NCBI GenBank assembly: GCA_965112155.1
Contig: OZ218103.1
Strand: one strand, 5' to 3'
Length of the DNA stretch: 64,000 nucleotides
Source: Podarcis liolepis
Lineage: Eukaryota
Every line of letters starts with the position of its first letter. Within the stretch, counting starts at the first letter, position 1. The position numbers and the translations under genes were made by a program. The notes below the pieces were generated by a model that saw only the letters and a program-made list of their open reading frames with translations, made no database searches and was not told the origin of the DNA. Shown one piece after another: positions 57,547 to 64,000 of this stretch.

Positions 57547-58370
57547 TATTTAAAAAACCAAAACACATTGCTCCCTAAGTAGCCGGCTCTAGACAGAAAC
57601 TCTTAAAGGGGAAGGATCACCTTTGATATTCAATAGCAGATACCTGAATAGACAGAAAGGATGACATCATCTCAATTTTTATCCAAATACTCAGAGGAGA
57701 GGCAAGAGTATCTTTTAATTTGATGTACCCATTGTAGTTATGACGGGCCATCTTTGAACGCTGTGGGGCATGGCGTTCCACATGGGCAGGGAACCTTGGG
57801 CCCTCCAGATGTTGAACTGTATCTCCCATCGTCATGCTCGCTGGGACTGGTGGAAGCTGGAGTCTGTCAACATCTGGAGAGAGACAGGTTCCCCACCAAG
57901 GAAGCTGAGCCATTAATACTTTACAACAACCCAAGAAGGTACAAAAATAAGAGATGTGAACTAGGAGAGATTTCTTATTTACATTTGATACACCCATCAA
58001 AGGGGGAAATTCCGTCCTGTGTATTTGAGAGGTGCTTGAAACATCACAGAACAGCTGTTCTGGATTGGTTAAACTAGGCCAGTGGTCCAGAGATAGAGGG
58101 ATTTTTTCTTTAAAGAAAGAGACGTGGCTTTTTCCTTAAGTCATTTTCCTCACTGAGCAAGCTTTCAAGTTCTCCAGCTTGGATGGAAAATGGAGAGAAT
58201 GGGGAAGATTAGTCCTTGCAGGAACACGTTTTGTACCCAGGGCAATTTAATTAAGTCTGCAAAACCCCTCCTGCACTCCCAACTTAAGACCTACAAACTG
58301 CAGAATGAGATTTTTATATCCTAACTTTAGTGTCTATCCTTTTGGAACTTTAAATTGGAAGGCCTTAATC

Positions 58371-58780
58371 TAGGGTTACCAGATGTCCCCGGTTCCCTGG
58401 GACAGTCCCCAGATTTGCAAATCTGTCCCCAGACAAATTCCGTCTCCTCAACAGCCCAGAGCCAGCCTGGTAGTGCAATTGGCTCTGGCTGGCTTCTGGA
58501 GTTGCTCTCTGCCGCCGCCACCAGGGGTGTCTGGTGGTACAGATCTCCTTTCCCCTATGTTTTGACAGATTAGGGGAGGCTCGGGAGTCATGGGCAGGTG
58601 GCTGTCACAGGGTACGAAAGAAGTGCTTTGCACCTTTATACAATATGCGTGTGTGCTTGGGCCCAGGGTCTTTTGACTCACCATCCCCACTACTGACTCC
58701 CTGTTGCTACTCAGCTTCAAAAATAAAAAATAAAAAAGGCCCCCCCCCCCGGATTCATTGAAAAAAATCTGGTAACCATA
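58371..58780. mobile_element. hAT (Blackjack-like) non-autonomous element, 410 bp
   Basis: TIRs TAGGGTTACCAGAT/ATCTGGTAACCATA and perfect 8-bp TSD CCTTAATC (58363-58370, 58781-58788). Confidence 0.88.
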
Positions 58781-60299
58781 CCTTAATCTGTTCCTTTTCT
58801 CTGACTTTGCAAGCCAAGCAGAGGGATGGCATGGTTGGCAACTTACTATGCACATGACTGTGCAACAAATAGATGTCCCTCTCTCTTCTGTCCTCTTTGG
58901 CTGAGCCCATTGCTATCAGCAAGACATGGAGCTCAGTTAGTTGAACACGTTTGTATGGCAGGAGGCAGCCCGGCACATATCCTGATCATAAACTGTGCAG
59001 GTCTCTGTATATCTGTGTTTCCCAAACTTTTTCCGACCGTGGCCCCCTTCCGACCCTGTGCCCCCCCAATTGACGTAGGCAAGGGGGGCAGATCCCCCCC
59101 AATAAGAAAACATCAATACAAATCTGAAGTTCTGCCCCCGCCACAAAAATCCTGGCTATGCCCATCCACACCCCCCACGTCCTACCGGTAGAAAGGTAGC
59201 TATTTAGGTAAATATTTTGTTTGTAAATAGAGCATGCTTTATTTCTATTTATTATTTATACAATTACATAAAATGACAGGAACATAATGAAATAAGCATA
59301 AAGACAGACTCATGGAGCTGGAAGGGACCCCAAGGGTCAGCAATGTAGGAAACTCAGCTAAAATATCCATGAAATATCCAACCTCTGCTCAGAAACCTCC
59401 AAGGAAGGAGAGTCCAGAATCTCCCAAGGGAGATCCATCTTCAAAGTATTATAAAAAAAGAAAGAACACTTATTTGACCCCAGTTATTTGACACAGAGGG
59501 GGAAACCTATGGATACAGTCCAAAAGGTGCACAGGGAGTTCCGTATATATGGGAGAATTTTAAAAAGCAAGTGGTCTTCACTGAACTGGTGCAAAAAGAT
59601 CTTGCCATCTGGAGGAGCCCTGGGAGTGAGGCCCACTGAACTTAGTGCAGCTTTCTTAGTTATTTACTAGATGCAAGTCAGCAGCAACAGACAACCCTCT
59701 CTGCTAGGCGCTGGGTAGATTGCACCCTGCACCTTGCAGAGTCAGGCCCAGGCTGCCACTGGGCCCAGGACTGGCAGCAGCAACAAGCAGCTCTGGCTCT
59801 CCCAGTCCTACCCATTACCACCCCACCACCGCACTTACCTGACCTGGGGGTTCTGGATTGCTGGCTCTACTGGTCAAAACGGGAGCCTCAGCAATTGCCC
59901 TCTCCCATCAGAAAGAAACCAGGACTGCTCCAGGAAAACACACATGGCAAAAAGGAGTGCCAGGGCCACCCCCTTACCCGCTTGTGATTGGCCAAGTGGA
60001 TAGCCAATCAATCAGGATTTTTTATTTTTTAAAAAATATTCCCCCCATCACTTCCCACTTCCTTCTGTGGTCTCCTAGCCTTGCGCTGTGCCCCCCCCCT
60101 TATGTGATTTTCACCTGTGGCCCCCTTGAAATATCTGGGGGGTGGGCAGAGGGCAATATGGCCTCCGGTTGGAAAACACTGCTGTAGGTGATCAGTGTTT
60201 AGAACTGGACCTGGAATCAAACTACAATGAAGGTAAAAATAAAGGCACGGCATGCTCCTGATAACTGGCTCCAGTCAGAAGTCTCACAGCAATGTTATG

Positions 60300-61300
60300 T
60301 ACAAGTTTCTGAACATTTTGCAATGGTAGCCCCATGTAGCTGGAGCACCAGATTCAGCTAGGCAAAATTGATCAAGGATACATCTGCCACCAAAGCATCT
60401 AGGAGCACGCTGAATCTGCGAACTTTAAGGAGAGTGCTCCTTCATCCAAGATTGGTTATTTTATCAACAGGAACACTTCTGACTTGTCTGGATTAATCTT
60501 CAGTTTGCTAACCCCCGTTTGCTTTGTTAACCTTTGCTCAACATTGCTGATTCCAGGCAGTGATTCAGAATCTCCATGGCTTTCCTTGATTAAGATGGAA
60601 AGAAGAAACGAGAGCTGAGCAACAGCTGCATACTGATGGCAGTGAACTCCAAATCTTCAGATCTTGATACGTTTCATATAGATGTTAAACAGCATGGGAG
60701 ACAAGATGAGCAGTCGTCCTCAGCACCATCTTTCAGAACTGTGTGTTTCCATTAAGGACTGGAACCGCAAGCAAGCAGAGTCTATCCCAGGCAGGTCCAT
60801 GAGAACCATATTGTGGTGGATAGTACTGAAAGCTGTTGACAGGTCCCGCAGACCACCAGAGACAAGACTCCCTGGGTCTAGTTCCTAGTGTAGATTGTCT
60901 AGAGCAGTAACCAAACTGTGGCCTGTGAGCTTCATTCAGGTGGTCTACGCAGTGTTGGTAAAATTAAAATTAAAAATCATACAGCATCTAGCATAGCACA
61001 TTATAATTGCTACAACATTATAATCATTAAGTAGCCTGTCAAGCAATATTCAAGTGGTTCGAGGGCAAAAAAAGAGTTGGGAACCACCAAATCCATTTCA
61101 GTACCAAAGTCAGGCCAGAAATCAGATTGAAATTTATAATGATCCTCCACAAACCTTTGGCAGGGAGACACCATTGCATGCTTGCCCCCAAGATAAATTG
61201 GTGACTGGCCTGAAATTATCCAGTATGGTGAATTCAATCAGACACGGCCCTTTCAACAATCTTACAACAATCTTCTTCAACAGTTTTCAGGTAGAACTAT
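60300..61300 (-). mobile_element. Degraded L2-like LINE reverse-transcriptase remnant, interrupted by a hAT-like fragment (about 60905-61090)
   Basis: The minus strand near 60855-60800 reads LRDLSTAFSTIHHN, a decayed LLDLSAAFDTIDH RT motif. The inserted piece shares CTGTGAGCTTCATTCAGGTGGTC with about 28743. Confidence 0.55.
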
Positions 61301-61869
61301 TCACCCACTGAAGGTACCATAGCCCATTGGGTCACACTTTTCTTATGCACTTGGCCAGCTGTCCTCTGATGGGTGAGGACTGAGTGTGCAGGTGACTGCC
61401 CTAAACACTTCAAAGATCCTATTCTCATACAAACTGGAAAGTACATCTGAAACTACTGCTAACATGATGTCCAAATTGGAACAGATGTGAGTGATTTTTA
61501 CCCATGAAGAGCTCTGCAATCTGGTCACAGCAGCTTACTGAGTGCTGGGATGTATGCTACACTGATGTGCTCCTATTGCATGCATTTCATTTATATCTGA
61601 TACCTCCAAAGGTTTAGAAACACAGCAGGTAAGTCATAATCTCTCTCTCTCTCACACACACACTTATTTAAATTGGGCTTCAAGGATGGTCAGCTTTTTC
61701 TCTGCGCCTTTTAATATCTGTATGACTAGGCATAGCCCTCCTACAACTCCCAGCATCCCTAACTATTGGCCATGTTGGTTAGGATTTACAGTAGTTGGGA
61801 ACCCAACATCTGGAGGGCCATCCCTGTATTAAGGCATAGAGACCCTGTCAACATAGTGCTATGGTAGCA

Positions 61870-63125
61870 GGGACGCGGGTAACACCGTGGTCTAAACCAC
61901 TGAGCATCTTGAGCTTGCTGATCGGAAGGTTGGCGGTTCGAATCCATGTGATGGAATGAGCTCCCGTTGCTCTGTCCCAGCTTCTGCCAACCTAGCAGTT
62001 TGAAAGCACACCAGTGCAAGTACAGTGGTGCCTTGCAAGAATAATTAATTCGTTCCGCAAGTCTCTTCGTCTTGCGGTTTTTTTGTCTTGCGATGCACGG
62101 TTTCCCATAGGAATGCATTGAAAATCAATTAATGCGTTCCTAGGGAAACCGCCTTCAGACCAGGTCCGGGGACAGACTGTCCCCGGACCTCTTCTGAAGG
62201 CTGGGGGGGGGGGACAAGGGCTTTTCTTCCCACCCCCAGCATTTTAAAAAACCCCGGGACAGCGGAGGACTTCTCCGCTGTCCGGGCGATCTTAAAATGC
62301 TGGCGGGCGGCATTTTAAAATCGCCCCGGGACAGCGGAGGACTTCTCCGCTGTCCGGGGTGATTTAAAAGCCCCTGGGAAGTCAGGCAGGGGGGACAAAG
62401 ACTTTTGCCCCCCGCCAGCCTTCAGAAGAGGTCCTGGACCTCTTCTGAAGGCGGGCGGGGGGCGAAAGTCTTTGCTCCCCCCTGCCTGCCTTCAAAAGAC
62501 CTCCGGGACAGGCAGGCAGGGGGGAGCAAAGACTTTCGCCCCCCGCCTGCCTTCAGAAGGTGTTCCCTCCCCCCCGCCCAGCTTCGGAGCACCGGGAGAA
62601 GCGATCTCCCCGCAGCCCCTTGCTTCAAAAGAGGTCGGGGGCAGCGGGGAAGAAGCGCTGCGCTTCCCGCTGCCCCCGGACCTCTTTTGAAGCAAGGGGC
62701 GGTGGGGAGAAGCGATCTCCCCGCAGCCCCTTGCTTCAAAAGAGGTCCGGGGCAGCGGGGAAGAAGCGCTGCGCTTCCCGCTGTCCGCGGACCTGGGGCT
62801 GCGGGGAGAAGATCGCTTCTCCCCGCCGCCCCTTGCTTCAAAAGAGAAGACCCGCTGTCCCCGGGGCAAGCTTCGTTTTGCGAAGCAAGCCCATAGGGAA
62901 ATTCGTCTTGCGAGGCAACTCGAAAACAAAAAAACCTTTCGTTTTGCGAGTTTTTCGTCTCGCGAGGCGTTCGTCTTGCGGGGTACCACTGTAGATAAAT
63001 AGGTACTGCTGTGGTGGGAAAGTAAAGGGCGGCTCCCTTGGCCTGAAGCAAGATGAGCACCGTACCACATGCCATGGTCACCTCTGGCAGGACTTAATCA
63101 TCCAGGGGTCCATTACCTTACCTTT
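61870..63125 (+). mobile_element. Sauria SINE interrupted by a DNA transposon
   Basis: Head GGGACGCGGG...GGTTCGAATCC at 61870, resumes at 62992 (TAGATAAATAGGTAC) and ends ACCTTACCTTT. TSD is GCTATGGTAGCA/GCTATGGTAGTA (61858-61869, 63126-63137). Confidence 0.85.
62023..62991. mobile_element. Tc1/mariner (Tigger/pogo-like) non-autonomous element, 969 bp, with a GC-rich repeat interior
   Basis: TIRs CAGTGGTGCCTTGCAAGA/TCTTGCGGGGTACCACTG and TA TSD (62021-62022, 62992-62993). Same termini as 52821-53171. Confidence 0.9.
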
Positions 63126-63704
63126 GCTATGGTAGTAGTTTTGTCAGTGCGAGCATTTCAACTTCCCAGAAGGAACAATTCCCCCTCTTCTACTTCCAAA
63201 TGCTGATCTGGGGGACGGGGGGCGGGGACAGGGGAAGCGGGATTCATTGCACTAGTGGAAGTCCTGCACAGGCTTCTTCTAGCAGGATTCATTACTTGAA
63301 TCTAGCCTGATGTGCAAATATAAAACTGCCCCTTGGCTAAGGCTAAGTGATGAAGAAAAACCTGAAAGTCCAACTCCATTTGCAATGGTTGAAAGACTGT
63401 AACCCTGATTGGGAAGCAACATCTTCTGGAATTGGTGGATATATGACAAACTATAAAGAATAGTTTGTTATTATTACAATTACATTAATTTTAAAATTGC
63501 TGGTTTTGGTGCTTTTTGTTCTCAGATTCTTCATGAGACAGGTTGCCTTTCATTTTAATTTTTCAGGGACCTGTTTCTACATTTTTTTTTTTGCATACAC
63601 AATATTAAAACAGTAATTTGTGCACCATAAAAGTGTTCGTTGTGTGATTTATGGCAGTTCTCATGGGATTTTCTGGCTTGACGTGGCAGCTGAAACAAGC
63701 AGCA

Positions 63705-63791
63705 ATCTACAAGCCCATACATGTCTAATCAGAGGTAAGCACTACTGAGTGCAAGGGGACTTACTCCCAGGTGAGGATAGGACTGCAGCCT
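63705..63791. repeat. Representative of a dispersed ~90-bp imperfect palindromic repeat
   Basis: Pattern CAATCCTA..CATG..TACTCAGAAGTAAGTCCCA.TGA.TTCAATGGG.CTTACT..TAGGATTGCAGC. Decayed copies lie near 2150, 10250, 11877, 26085, 30860, 35772, 37195 and 39055. Confidence 0.6.
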
Positions 63792-64000
63792 AGGAGTCAT
63801 TCAGCAACTGTGGCTGCAATTTTGTGGTCACCTATTGGTGCGTAAGCCCCTCAGTTTTCACAAGCTGGTGATGCGGAGGGCAAAAGGGAACCCCCAGCCA
63901 CGTGGCTGCAGCCTCTGGCGCCCAGCATTCAGCTGTGAATGGGACAGGTGCAGCCAATATGCTTAGCTGTAATTAAACTTCAGCAATTGGAGTGAGTCAG

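Noticed and set aside
62405-63081. Several 144-219-aa ORFs with repeated peptides
   Set aside because: They are translations of the GC-rich tandem palindromes inside a non-autonomous transposon, with no transposase motifs.
53200-64000. CDKN1A or its p53 response elements, expected downstream of SRSF3 by synteny
   Set aside because: No CDK-inhibitor coding exon or convincing paired RRRCWWGYYY site was found. The gene probably lies beyond the window.

Overview
Eukaryotic (vertebrate) genomic DNA, almost certainly a squamate reptile and probably a lacertid lizard, judging from Sauria-type SINEs, a Bov-B fragment and tRNA-Lys/CR1-tail SINEs. Four protein-coding genes can be fully reconstructed by splice-site reading: KCTD20 (+, 7 coding exons, 417 aa, one GC-AG intron), STK38/NDR1 (-, 13 coding exons, 465 aa), a parathyroid-hormone-family gene (-, 159 aa prepro-hormone) and SRSF3 (+, 5 coding exons, 164 aa). 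The PTH-family gene lies between STK38 and SRSF3, and the ORF track shows only part of it. It has a TATA/Inr promoter, a non-coding exon 1, a signal-peptide exon and a KR-cleaved PTH(1-34)-like domain, and is most likely PTH4/PTH-L, a paralog known from non-eutherian vertebrates. A 548-nt N run in SRSF3 intron 3 falls exactly where the ultraconserved poison (NMD) exon is expected, and its flanks match my recollection of that element's edges. The rest is introns, long 3' UTRs, two CpG-island promoters and many non-autonomous DNA transposons (hAT, Tc1/mariner) and SINE/LINE remnants, some of them nested. Gene and repeat names come from recalled family knowledge; no database search was run.
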